Below, piece after piece: positions 12,849 to 24,965 of a stretch of DNA of 64,000 nucleotides; the first letter of the stretch is position 1; every line of letters starts with the position of its first letter. The position numbers and the translations under genes were made by a program. The notes beneath the pieces are model-generated. The model made no database searches. It was not told where the DNA came from and saw only the letters and a program-made list of their open reading frames with translations. Source of the DNA: Albugo candida (lineage: Eukaryota); assembly GCA_040437565.1 (NCBI GenBank), contig JBDOQK010000004.1, positions 496,001-560,000 of the forward strand, written 5' to 3'.

Positions 12849-13943
12849 TTGAGTTTGAGTCGGATGACTCTGGAACGACTCACGAGCATAATTGCACTGA
12901 AAGAGCATCAGACTCATCGAAATTCTCTGATTCATACTCAAAACACTTTAAGTCAAACCCACGGTACACATGAGGGTATACAATTGCCTCAACATCATCG
13001 AAGACTTGAGTCATGTAAACGCGTTCGCGTGTGGAAATGCGTCATTTTCAATCCGATTTCCAATTCGACAGAGTCGGAAACAAACGAAAACAAAACTGGA
13101 GCAGTAAAGGATATGAAATCCTTTCGAAAAATACACATTTCCGAGCTCATGCGAATCGTCCAAAAGGTTTATGAGGATCGCTGGATCCTCGAGGTACACA
13201 ATGAGGTATCATCCTCATCCATTGCAGACGCCTCACAGATTGTGAGTCAACACTCGAATGAGGAAATATTCATCAAATTGATCCTCATCCATTTGAGTCA
13301 ATCTACTCTCACTCAAAAACCAGTCTCTATCCAAATCGCTCAATTGCTTATAGCAATAAAACAAGCAATGGGACGATATCCGCGCATCCAAACGTTTGCA
13401 AATCTTTTGGGCATCGAAACCTCTCCAGCATTTCATTTCAATCCTCCCGAAAAACTTAAAGTGTTCATCCATTTGCTCGACCGATTGTATCACTTGAATG
13501 GTTATTTCCACAGCAGAAAAGATAAGGATATCGAATCGATCAAGATGAATTTAAAGAGCGTCGTGAAGAGAGAACAGTTCTTGACAGACTTTCTCACTAC
13601 ACGAGATCTTCCTCCAGTTTTGATAGAAACTCTATTGGAACAATTGTTTCAGGATGATTACTATTGGAATTTTCGATTTTGGCACACGCAATTTCGTGAA
13701 CTTTCAATTTCGTACGAGTGGCCAAATGAGTCGAAAATGAAATTGTGTGAGGGAATACTCACTTTCTTTCGCGTTAAAAATGGCGATACAATCTCGCTTT
13801 CCGTAAAGGAGCGACATGAGAAATTCGATGGCGACTGGCTTTTGAACACATTGATGAATGAGTGGGTTCAACGTGGCCGACAATTGTACCAAATGCTCGA
13901 GACAGCAGCTGATGAGGAAGTTCGTACGTTTTCGATAAATTAA
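12849..13943 (+). CDS. Hypothetical protein (start and end uncertain, possibly part of a spliced gene)
   Basis: 364-codon open frame with ordinary globular/helical composition. First ATG at 12864. The frame is open back to an AG at 12817-12818, and a GTACGT donor-like site lies near 13924. No family recognised. Confidence 0.6.
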   Translation: MSLSRMTLERLTSIIALKEHQTHRNSLIHTQNTLSQTHGTHEGIQLPQHHRRLESCKRVRVWKCVIFNPISNSTESETNENKTGAVKDMKSFRKIHISELMRIVQKVYEDRWILEVHNEVSSSSIADASQIVSQHSNEEIFIKLILIHLSQSTLTQKPVSIQIAQLLIAIKQAMGRYPRIQTFANLLGIETSPAFHFNPPEKLKVFIHLLDRLYHLNGYFHSRKDKDIESIKMNLKSVVKREQFLTDFLTTRDLPPVLIETLLEQLFQDDYYWNFRFWHTQFRELSISYEWPNESKMKLCEGILTFFRVKNGDTISLSVKERHEKFDGDWLLNTLMNEWVQRGRQLYQMLETAADEEVRTFSIN

Positions 13944-13972
13944 CGCGACAATGAAATATTTCACAAAATTGA

Positions 13973-16020
13973 TTATTCGATGGAAGCGATTTTGGAGCGA
14001 GTGATATGACGTTTTTTCATTTGCTTTCGTTTGTGAGCCTTTTGCAGATCGTATCCGGACACCGTCGTCACACGCTGGCGCTTTGGTGGAGCCTTCAGCA
14101 GATGCTGTCTCTTTCCCGTGCTACAGCATTCATTGTATCAATTGAAGCCCGACATCTCCTTCCTCTTACCTTGGTTTCTTCAATGAAAGCATCCAAGCAG
14201 GAACATCTTGACCAGAGAGTTTAATGACATTTGCAATTGGACGAACGTACTGCATGTCACGTTCGGTGAAAAATGTGACTGCAAATCCTTTTCGTCCATT
14301 TCGACCTGTTCGACCGATTCGATGGATATAACTAACAGCACTTTGTGGGAAATCGTAATTGATAACCATATTCACAGCTTTGAAATCCAATCCTCGACAC
14401 ATCAGATCCGTGCATAGTAACACCCAAATTTCACCAGCACGAAATTCCCGAATGACTTGATCTCGCTTCTCCTGCGTTCGATCCGCGTGAATTGCACCGA
14501 CATGGATACCGTCATACAAAAGCTCTTGATACAACTCATTGACTCTGTCTTTATTCTGTACGAATAAAAGTGCAGGAATCTGAAGACCAGTGTGAATAAG
14601 CTGCTTCATAGCCACTAATTTACCCTCTTCTTTCCCCACAAACATCAACTTTTGATCGATACTGCTGGCACCCGCATTTTTGATTCCAACAGTGATTTCG
14701 ATTGGATCGCGAAGAACCGATATTGCAGCTTCTTCCACTCCCTGGAGCATTGTGGCGCTAAACATGGCACGTTGGATGTCTCGAAGCGTGCAGGATGCAA
14801 TAATTTCGTCAATTTGTTCGATAAATCCGAGTTCGAATAAACGATCGGCTTCATCGAGCGTAATCATTTCCACGCTGCATACACAATGGCATCAATAGAC
14901 AGTCGCATGGAGGGGTTCCGTACCCACAGAGATCGATTTTGGCTGTTTGGATGAGATGTACGAGCCGCAAAGGCGTCGCAATTAAAATATCGATAGGAAT
15001 TGAAGTTTCTTTCCTATCAGTAAATTGGGTACAAATGTAAATAATACGATATTTTGTGGTATACCTGAAATTTGTTCTTATGGTTTCGGTTTGACTTTTG
15101 GAGAGTACGACTGTTTGGAAACCGTATCCGACGGTTAATCGGTTCACTTCTTTTTCAATTTGAACCGCGAGTTCACGTGTCGGTACTACTATGATGGAGC
15201 GAATAGAAGACTGGGATTGTGTTTGTGCTAGACGTAAAAGCATTGGGATGAGGAAGGCAGCGGTCTTCCCTGAGCCAGTTGGAGCGGTTCCAAGTACATC
15301 TCGACCTGCAAGCAGACTTGGTATCGCTTGCATTTGGATAGCTGTGGGTTCTTTGAAATCGGAGGCTTCGATATTATGCAGTAAAATGGACCGAAACTGC
15401 TTTTCTCGACCATTTTGATCCGCAGGAATGCTTTCAAAAGTTGCTATTGGGTTGGGTACGTGTGCTCCTTCGACCCGAATACCCATTTGACGTCGGAATA
15501 GTGCGATGGAAGCTCTATTAAAGTATGTGAGTCGGGTATGGCTGCACAAAGCGCACTTACTGCTCATCTTCACGTTGCTTTTTGGATTTTGTCTTCGATT
15601 TGGTTATTGAAGGTTTGAAAGCAGGAACTACTTCTATATTGTGAGTAAGACTCGACTGGTTATCGGGTAAGAGGTCGTTTTCAGAATCTGCTTTTCGTTT
15701 TCGGGTTTGAGTAGCGGGTTGCGAGGAGTCGTGTACGGGTTTGGCTGGTGATTGTGCGCAGAGACTAACTGGGTTGGTGCTTTGGGTTTGATTGCAGCCA
15801 AAAAAGTCAATTTCTTGATCGATTTCTTGTAAGCTTTGTCGACTGATGTCTACGTAATCAGAAGCGATATGGCTGTGTACATTGACGAGACAATAGATAC
15901 AGGATAGATACATTTATTTCGGGTAGGTGCATGTTGCTTTGTCGACGAAATTTGGCGCTTGTCGAGTTTTACTCCATGTGTGAGCGACTTTAAGAAGCTT
16001 CGAGTGCCATCCGAATTCAT
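13973..16020 (-). CDS. DDX52: DEAD-box RNA helicase DDX52/ROK1 (ribosome biogenesis)
   Basis: Q motif (FKEPTAIQMQAIP), APTGSGKT, PTRELA, ATPLRL, LDEADRLFE, FSAT, IDQKLMFVGKEEGKL, YIHRIGRTGRNG. Several short GT-AG introns. ATG at 16020; last exon STGKRQHLLKAPPKR...SIE* ends at 13973. Confidence 0.88.
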
Positions 16021-17079
16021 TAATGCGCAGTGATGTAATTGCGTGAAATTGTAAAATTATGTTATTTCAGAAAAGATAATAATATAAATGAAAATTACAA
16101 AATGTCCTCCTTAACAGTGTTCCGAATGTACGCATGACGTGTTCAATATCACAGTGAGGTGTTCTGTAGTGACCTCGTTGCTGTGCCTAGCAAAGGACAC
16201 ATATAACGCGTGTCTGCAATGCAGAATGAAGCTATTATCTTATCCTTCTCACACCATACGCTAACTAACGTATCTGGATATGTCAAGTGTTTAAAGTCGA
16301 TCGGAATTGCTTTCGGCGTATCTTTGGATCGTTGATGACCAAGGTTTTTCAATGACCGTGTTTCTGGGTTTTATAATAAACCTTGGCCAAGTCTTTGCCC
16401 GTAGTCATTCTAGCCGAGCTAAATATGGGCTAAATGGGTCATCATACAAAGTACAAGATGAAATGGGCTAAATGGGCCCGCTCCCCTTTCCCCCTCAACA
16501 AAGAAAAATTACCCTACGTCGACAGTTTCTTCATTGTATACCGAAATCGGTCTGGGCTTTTGATCTGGTTTTTTATATTCAGATTTCTAACGTGGGAAAC
16601 CCGATAGCAAAAAAAACTAACGAGTACGAGGTTGAAAACTAACTTCCAACGTGCGCACTTGTTTCTGATTTGGTAAGCGCTGGAAAGGAAACCATAAGCG
16701 TCACTCAAAGGTAAATAACACTGACAAGTAATATATCGATCACAAATCGTATCGCACGCTGCTCCCCCCTTCTCCCCCCTCCCCCTCTCTCCTCGCTTCT
16801 TGTACTAAAATTCTGTGTACGTGTTAGGTTGCTACAACACAAGAATCAAATATCACGACCTTGAACGTACCAATTGAACGCAATCACGGTCAGTATCAAT
16901 AGATTCCACACTATCAAAACAGCAAAACCGAATACGTTGCCGATTGTGTGCAATATACAAACAATCATATCGCTTTGGCACAATACGATTTTGTAGTATA
17001 TCACGAGTGTGAAGGTAAGAAATGATTCTTGTGTGGTCACATACGTGTATTTTATCGTGAAATGTAATGTCGTTTGTAG

Positions 17080-19799
17080 ATGGATTCTTTCGGGTTAGAT
17101 TTCGGAAGTAACGATATTCTCGATTTGGGCTCACTTGGAATGTGGGGCGGATCCACGCCTGTTGGATCATCGCCAAGTGGAACGGGTTTACCGTTTAGCG
17201 TCGGAACGCCCACCGGTGTGCCTAGTTTAGGGGACGACTCCTTTCCATCTCTTCAGGGAGGCAATGAGGATTTTATATTTCCTGACTCACCAAAATCAAA
17301 CGCTATGGAAGGACAAAGTAGTAAGGAAGGTGATACACATGCATCTTCATCGACCACACAGACATCGTCTTCCTCTACGCATGTGAATATTTCAAAAAAT
17401 AGCAATACAAAACAACTCACATCAAACGCTTCCTCCGAATCAATCACCATCCAAACAAGTGGGAAAGACACTATTTCAGGATCACAATTTGATTCCTCAA
17501 ACTCACAGAGTACAAAATCTGAAAAAGAGGATAGAGAAAATGAGGAAAATGAGGAAAATGAGGATGACGAAGACGAAGACTTTAATGCCTCCTCTTACTT
17601 TGGTGATGATTTCGATCAAGATAGCTCAACTGCTTCACAATTAAAACGATCCGAGTCAGTCAACACCCAAGAGAACGCTGAAGCTTCACACGAACTCAAT
17701 GAAAATCCTCGCCGAAATAGTAACACGAGTTCCGATCACTCCTTGAGTAATTTGTCTTCACCCAAAGACCACACTTCCACTCGCGAATTTGGCAAAACAA
17801 CTTCCAATTATGACAATAGCAACGCACATGGATCGCTATCACAAAGGGAATTCACGGAAGAAGCAAAAAGAGGCTCTATGATGACATCCGATGAAGCATT
17901 TGATAACAATTCAATGCTTCATTCCACGAATTCAATGGGATTAGCAATGTCACTGCCAAATGATCATGGAGGGCTTCATCCTCTCACTCCGAATCGCTCA
18001 CTCCCTCAAACTTCCAACGGAGGATCTACGACCTCAGTCTCCTCGGCAGCGAGACCTCACATTGAGGCAGTGTCAATGTCTATGTCTTCTAATCACTCGA
18101 CACTCAACCACCAAGCGAATATGGCTCGGTATCCTCAGTCTGGACCTATGATGATGATGTCTCAAGGTCAAGTTCCTTCGGCGATGGGCGGCAGTCAAGG
18201 GTATCCTGGTCCTGGATACTCACATTCAATACCGATGCCGTCTCCGGGACCCCCGCAAAGTGTCCCTCCTGCACAATATATGCAAGCACCGCCATCATTT
18301 CGACCTCCATCCGCTAGTTCGTATGATGAAGATCTCATGCGAATGAAATCGATGATGCTACAGCATTCAGATCTCATTCCTCCTCCAATGGAAGTACTTC
18401 GAATTTCAATGAGTCAGAGTCAGCCGAATCAGCAAAATGTATTGGGAGGGACCTATATGCCCCAACGAAGTGTCGGACCAAGTCCTGGCGTTCGAACAAA
18501 CCCTTCTTATCCTCAGTACCCTTCCGGGAACCCAGGAATGATGATACAGCAAACAACACCTACAAACGCTGTAGATCGAGCACAACTAATGCAACGAAGA
18601 ATGCCGAGAACGCCAAGTAATACCTCTCTGCTGGACGCATCCCCCCCATGGCAATCAGAAACAGATCTTCCACTTCGACGGAAAATGATTGGGAAAATGT
18701 AAGTGAAACGATCAAAGAATTCAATAAAAAACTGAAAATTATTTCTAGTGTGAGTTTATTACAAGCGAGGAAACCAGATGCTCCACCCGAATGGATCCGT
18801 AGGCTCCCTGATATGGCTCGAAGATTGGAAGATTCTTTGTATCGCACTGCCAAGAATCGAGATGAATATGGAGATTTTGGCACATTAAAAACTCGGCTAC
18901 AACATTTAGCTGTTACAATGGGAGCAAGAGCTCAGCATAAAGCTGGTACCACCCGGCCGTCCGCTTCGGCTCCTGCTGGGTCCGGTATGATGCATCCCGG
19001 CAACACACCTGTCAATTCGTTATCTATGGCCGGGAATGTGAGCTCTTCAGGTCACATGCTCACAGGAATGTCACCTTACAACAACATCGCAGGCCGTATG
19101 TCCCAACAACAACTTCTTCAGCAACAGCATATGACTCAAATGCAAAACTCTCAAATGCGACAACAAATGACACCACAACAGCTCCAACAATTACAAGTCG
19201 CTCAAATGCGACGTAGTCGACAGTATCAACAGCAGATGCAGCAACAACACGCACAAAACATCCAACGACAAGCACCGTATCAGCATACAACACAACAGAT
19301 GCAGCACCCACAAATGCAACGACAAGCTCCCCTTCGACAACCATCGGCAGGTGCCCCAAATGTCAATCAGCGAGCATCTTCGCAGTCGTACATGCAACAA
19401 TCCCAAGAAAGCGCTTCTGCGGGTCAAACGCCCATGCAATATCGAAATACCAATTCGATGCCTTCGGGCATTTCAAATCGATCGAATGAGATGAATTTCG
19501 GTGAAACGTCGGAATTTCTCAATTTGGAACTCTCTCAGTCATTTCTCTCTGCCGACGATTTGGGCTCGGAGCATTCGAATTCGGAAGTTGGGCATAAGCG
19601 CTCGTTAACGCACGCGCAACAGCAAATGGCAGCGGCTGCAAATGCGGCAGCTTTCAAACGGACTAAAGTCAGCGGCACATCGGATCAACGAGGTATGAGC
19701 CCGCTTTCTTCGTCATCTCCGTCCGGGAATCAGCTCCAGAAATCAGTGCAAAGCAATTCGAATAAAACGCCTCCAATGAGCGCTGTGAATGCGAAATAG
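17080..19799 (+). CDS. Low-complexity S/Q/M-rich protein with a KIX-like (MED15/plant-CBP type) domain; putative transcriptional coactivator
   Basis: Intron 18699-18748 (GTAAGT...TTTCTAG) joins PWQSETDLPLRRKMIGKI to VSLLQARKPDAPPEWIRRLPDMARRLEDSLYRTAKNRDEYGDFGTLKTRLQ, a KIX_2-like pattern. A Q-rich region follows. Confidence 0.75.
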
Positions 19800-20519
19800 A
19801 GGACCCTGTTTGAATAGTGAGCGTATATGAAGGTGGTCGAGGAGAAAGCCTTATTCAAAGACTTTGGGGCAGAATTCGACCCAAAGTATGGATTATTAGA
19901 TATTGGGAATTTCAATGTAGTTTTCGCTTTGTATCGATAGAAAAGAAGCACAAGTCTTTTGGGTATACATAGCATTTGTGAGAATTCGAGAGGAAAGAGG
20001 TATTGGCATAAGCGTAAGCGTAAGCGTAATAGAACAAGTATAATGATATTGGTGAGAGATCTCGCAGTTGTTTTGTTGTGTCTCTGCGGGGGTTTGTTTC
20101 TGAACGCGAATTCCTTTATGGAACGGATAGAGTACGAAGTACCAAAGTTTAATTACAATCGACTCCCTGTCGGGTGAAATGGTGTGACGTTTGATTGTGT
20201 TCTGTCGACGTATCGCCACATATCGCTATTGATCGAAACTACGCATCACGAAGTGCGCTTGAAGAAATAACAATCAGTATAGGATGTAGACAATGACTTG
20301 GCCTGCACAACTCGTTGATTCATCCGTCTGAGCATAGCAAGTCCGTCTGAGTGTGACAAAATCAATACGTAGCCTCACCAGCACGCGGTCGAATTTGATC
20401 AATCGACGTGTAAGTACAATCGGTCGATGTGTATCGTAAAGACGTGAGACGATCTCACCACAGAAGAACCGATAACCGATCATAATTACGGTGACAACAG
20501 AATGCATGCTTACAACCAG

Positions 20520-20606
20520 TCATCATTTCATGGCTTTGGTGTACCTCCCCTTCCATAGCTTATATCGTATCTAAGGTCTCAAGCGCTCATTGATCGATTT
20601 CACGCC
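20520..20606 (+). promoter_or_regulatory. Core promoter of CCG copy 1 (CATGG box, TATA-like, Inr/FPR)
   Basis: GCGCTCATTGATCGATTTCACGCC-ATG fits the oomycete Inr/FPR pattern GCTCATTYBNNNWTTY. The same block recurs before copies 2, 3 and 4 (~25795-25882, ~28590-28675, ~38320-38405). Confidence 0.6.
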
Positions 20607-22763
20607 ATGCAAATTCATCGTGTTTGGAGTCTTTTGCTGCTTCAATATGTCAGCTGTGATATCCAGCAAGCGTATACTAAGCGAAAAACAGCAACTATCA
20701 CTACCAAACTCAAAAATGATAAGTCTAAGTTGAACTCTTGTCAAGGTTGTCTTCTATCTCAAGTCGGGGCACTTCGTGCCAAACTCACTCTGCAAAAGAA
20801 TGGAGCTAAAAAATCGAATATTTTGATCGAAGAATTCACTCTCAATGCCACACATTCCGAACTTTTAATGGTGCGATCATATTGCGATACGGTCTGTTAT
20901 TGTGGTCCGATGTCCATTACACCATCGTCTATTGTGGATCATGATCCCAACTTGGTAGAGAAACAAGTACTAGCGGGCATCAATCAACACCCAAATTCTT
21001 TAACGGGACCGTCCAAATTAAAGAATCGCAAGCCGGAGATCGTATGCCTTATTCGACCAACCTCGAAAGCTAAATGCAGAAGTTGCCTTACACAATATAG
21101 TGAGTCGCCATATTTTGGAGAGTTTCATATATCGATTCCGGTGAAAGAAATGCGGAAGTTGATTTTACAGATTTTCTCTTCAAGGAAATCAGTCGAAGAT
21201 ATAATCAGCTTCTGCCTTGAGGCAGCAGCATGCCCCTCTCACGTCGCCCAGATATCGGGCAAAGTATGTGAACCTCTCATTGGTGACAGCCCGTTGCGAG
21301 AAATTCCGTTGAACGAGGGCGGTGATCTGTATATCTCACCTCCAAACGCCAAGAATTTGCTAAAAGCCCGAACGCACCTAAATTCTCTTGTGCCTTTCAA
21401 GCAGCAGTGCTTCAAAACAGACACTGATAAAATGCTTGATTTACGCGAGCGTATGTACTGCACGGCGAATGCAAAGAATGGAGTTGCTGTTGAACTTCAG
21501 TCCGACATTGAAGATGGAACTTCGTACCAATATTTTAGTATTCTCATTCCGGAAGGTGGTCCTTCAAATTCGAATAAACTTTGCTCTGATTTCGATGAAG
21601 TGGTATTTCCAGCTCCATGTAACAAGCGCAGTGCAGAATTTTTCTATATCTTGCCAGCCATAGACCAGTTTCCTTACTGGGTGAGTCCATCACATGTTAG
21701 AGCACTACAATTTGGTCCGATCAGGCACCCTACCAGGTGTGTATGGGCAGAACACGTGAGTGCCAGGCAAACCTGTAGTACATGCATCAAGAAACTGAGA
21801 GCTGTCGAAAATGAAATTTCCGACAATACAAATTTCTCGCCGAGAACGTCCTTACACTTTCTGAGAGGCGGTATTGCAGACAAACGTCTAAGCAGTTGCG
21901 CCAAGCATAGAACGTGTCAAAATCTGTTGTTTGTTCCCGAATTCATTTGCGAGTACGAGTTCGATCAAGAAAAAAATCTTCAAAAAGAGCAACAGGCGGC
22001 TGAAAGTTTAACAACGAGTTCGGTTGTCAGAAATGAAGCAAAACAAAAAACGACGGCAGTGAGTGGTCTTGTCACTTCTGGACGTATTCGAGGTTCTATT
22101 GGGTCTACAAAGGCGGCAAGGTTAATTGGAGACTACATCGACCACAATTCAGAAGTAATGCAAACAAGCAGGATACACAGTGCTCCAACACGTAAATCCG
22201 CTACATCTGCTGCGAAGGGTACCCGAGTATCCGAAAATCCCTGCTTGGAAAGAAATGTTATGGTGGTCCAATACGAGTTTGATGATCAGAAGACATGTTT
22301 ACAATCTCTTGCGCTGGAGCACGATGTATTGATGGTTTCAGTCACGGGACGATATGTCTGGATGATATGCGAGCCAGAAGAGAATTTACATGGTGGTGGA
22401 TGTAAGGATCTAACGATCCTGCTGAGATTGCAGCGCAATGTCGATATGTTGAGATCATTGACTGCTATCAGAGTTGCAATGTTAATTCCCAATCAGTCCA
22501 AAGTTAGGACTAATAAAGCCAAAAAGCCGAATCATATCATCGCGGAGAAGAGAAAAAGAAATGCCCGCAGAGCGAAATCGGCTGAGATTGTTGAAGAATT
22601 CAAAGGTATCATCGATCCATCAAGTGATGACGAGGGCGACGAGGACGACGAGGATTACGAGGACAGCCCGTCAGATCAGAAAACTGAGTCCGCAGAAGCA
22701 GACACGTATCACTTTTTTGATAAAGTACCGAGAAAAAAAAGAACACCGATGGAAATTTACTAG
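20607..22763 (+). CDS. Secreted CCG-class (CxxCxxxxxG) effector candidate, copy 1
   Basis: Signal peptide MQIHRVWSLLLLQYVSC, CQGCLLSQVG at residue ~45, Cys-rich body, acidic tract and basic C-terminus (PRKKR). 718 aa, intronless. Confidence 0.85.
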   Translation: MQIHRVWSLLLLQYVSCDIQQAYTKRKTATITTKLKNDKSKLNSCQGCLLSQVGALRAKLTLQKNGAKKSNILIEEFTLNATHSELLMVRSYCDTVCYCGPMSITPSSIVDHDPNLVEKQVLAGINQHPNSLTGPSKLKNRKPEIVCLIRPTSKAKCRSCLTQYSESPYFGEFHISIPVKEMRKLILQIFSSRKSVEDIISFCLEAAACPSHVAQISGKVCEPLIGDSPLREIPLNEGGDLYISPPNAKNLLKARTHLNSLVPFKQQCFKTDTDKMLDLRERMYCTANAKNGVAVELQSDIEDGTSYQYFSILIPEGGPSNSNKLCSDFDEVVFPAPCNKRSAEFFYILPAIDQFPYWVSPSHVRALQFGPIRHPTRCVWAEHVSARQTCSTCIKKLRAVENEISDNTNFSPRTSLHFLRGGIADKRLSSCAKHRTCQNLLFVPEFICEYEFDQEKNLQKEQQAAESLTTSSVVRNEAKQKTTAVSGLVTSGRIRGSIGSTKAARLIGDYIDHNSEVMQTSRIHSAPTRKSATSAAKGTRVSENPCLERNVMVVQYEFDDQKTCLQSLALEHDVLMVSVTGRYVWMICEPEENLHGGGCKDLTILLRLQRNVDMLRSLTAIRVAMLIPNQSKVRTNKAKKPNHIIAEKRKRNARRAKSAEIVEEFKGIIDPSSDDEGDEDDEDYEDSPSDQKTESAEADTYHFFDKVPRKKRTPMEIY

Positions 22764-23599
22764 AATGACTAGATTTGTAAGTCGGCTTTGGATGCTTCCT
22801 TATTCGATATATTGAGTGATTGCATGGACTCAAGTAATTGCCCAATATACAACTCACCAATTGTAGGAATATCTATGCGTCGAGCGACCGTTTGATCACA
22901 ATCATAATCACATCCTGATACTTGACTAGTAGCCTTATTGACTCTTGAATTTGACGTAATCGTCATTTAGATTTTCCATCCTCTTGCTTGAAAGGTATTT
23001 GATACGCGATGAATGATGATCAACAGTATTTACGAATGATGGCATTTACCAAATTGACGAGCTGCATTTTTGCGTAATCTCGAAGTCAAGAAGAATTTTG
23101 TGAGTAGCTTCTATCAAGCTATTCGAAGATCAAGGCAATTTCCCATGCGCGTGTAGCTACAGAGCGATAATGCGGGTTGAACAAGGATAATCGCTATATT
23201 ATATCCATGCATTGCACAGCACAAATACAGAGATCCTACCTATCGGGAAAGTGGAGATACTATTTTTGAGAGTTCAGCCGCTAGTAATTCTACACCAATC
23301 AAAACCAACACCACTTGTAGACCGATTATTATATAAAAATTGAAAGTCGATGATGACAGAATGTAAGCTTGAGTTTGATCATTTTCAGACGCTGTAGAGT
23401 TCAATTTCTTACAAGACGATTTGCACGTCAGTCTGAGACACAATTAGAAACCACTGCCAATGATGTACTTTCATTCCATATCGCTATATGCGCTGATGAA
23501 ATATCAAAGTAATTCCAATTGATCCTACTGAGGCAATACAATATGTAGAAATTATACCGATTGTTCTCAATCAATATCTATCTGATTTGTATTCTACAA

Positions 23600-24965
23600 A
23601 CTGCGAGTTCCAGCGCCGGGAAATCTCGATGTGAGTGCGCGCCAAATTCGATAACGTGGGCGATCGAAGGGAAAAAATTCGAATACCCAGTTGGCGCTTC
23701 AAATAAATATGTCGAAATATGCGCTCTCAGAGCTCCATGCATACAGACGGGATTAGTTTTACATGTAAGTGTGTCAGCTGAGCCAGATACGTTTTATCTA
23801 GATCTTCAAATTGAGACAATNNNNNNNNNNNNNNNNNNNNNNNNNNNNNNNNNNNNNNNNNNNNNNNNNNNNNNNNNNNNNNNNNNNNNNNNNNNNNNNN
23901 NNNNNNNNNNNNNNNNNNNNCTGATTTGTATTCTACAAACTGCGAGTTCCAGCGCCGGGAAATCTCGATGTGAGTGCGCGCCAAATTCGATAACGTGGGC
24001 GATCGAAGGGAAAAAATTCGAATACCCAGTTGGCGCTTCAAATAAATATGTCGAAATATGCGCTCTCAGAGCTCCATGCATACAGACGGGATTAGTTTTA
24101 CATGTAAGTGTGTCAGCTGAGCCAGATACGTTTTATCTAGATCTTCAAATTGAGACAATTTTATTGTGTCTCACGTCAAGCTCTCTAAAAGCCCATTGAT
24201 CGAAAAATATTGTGTGCAATATTGAGGTGATAAAGTCGCTCAAAAAGTTCCATTTACTTCAGTGGAAGCATCGCCCGTCACGAGATTCTCGCTTAGAAAG
24301 ACAGGAAGTGATGTGAAGTTGCGTCCAAGAAGATTCCGATACTTCATGCAGAGTAAAAAACCTTTTTTTGTAGACAGATAGACGAGTTCAATTTGCTTGT
24401 GGTTCGATCAATGGCTACATTTGCACCAGATGCGTTATTAAAATTGCTGGCTTCCGTCGAATACGGTGAATCCTGTAACAAAATGATGTATCCTGGAGAG
24501 ATAATGGCGGTCTCCGTACGCGAACGAACCCCCTTCTATATATCTTGTTGCCGCTGTAAAGGATATCTATCGTATACACAACAGGATATTTGCAAACCAT
24601 CCAAAACATCATTTGATGTACAAACCATAGTGTTGTCAGTGAAGGACTTGGCTATCAATTGGTAACCTGTCTGCGCGATGAACTTCTCCTTGGGTGCATC
24701 CATCATAATAGGCTCTCTCTCTTGCTTGATATCTTGATCGTACAGCTCGGATTTCGTAATGTGTGAGGCTATGACGTCCCTAGGACAAGTGCTAGATAAC
24801 ATATCTTTCGGCTGTGTCGCCAAGAAACCATTTTCGGAAATATTGATGAGCCTTTGTTATACAATTGAGCCTGCTGGGACAATCTGTAATAATGTTTGTA
24901 CACGCCACACACTCCGCAGAATACTTGAGAATACATTCAGGATGACGATGGACCTTCACGATGTC
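23600..24965 (-). pseudogene. Deleted, frameshifted LRRC9 copy (unit A)
   Basis: Fragments such as KDMLSSTCPRDVIASHITKSELYDQ...GYQLIAKSF and LRAHIST align to the intact gene at 41945-47536, with stops and large deletions. Confidence 0.85.

Noticed and set aside
16338-16480. 9-bp inverted repeat (CCAAGGTTT/AAACCTTGG) and duplicated ATGGGCTAAATGGG in the DDX52/KIX divergent intergenic region
   Set aside because: Short enough to be chance or ordinary promoter elements; no snoRNA or MITE structure could be established.
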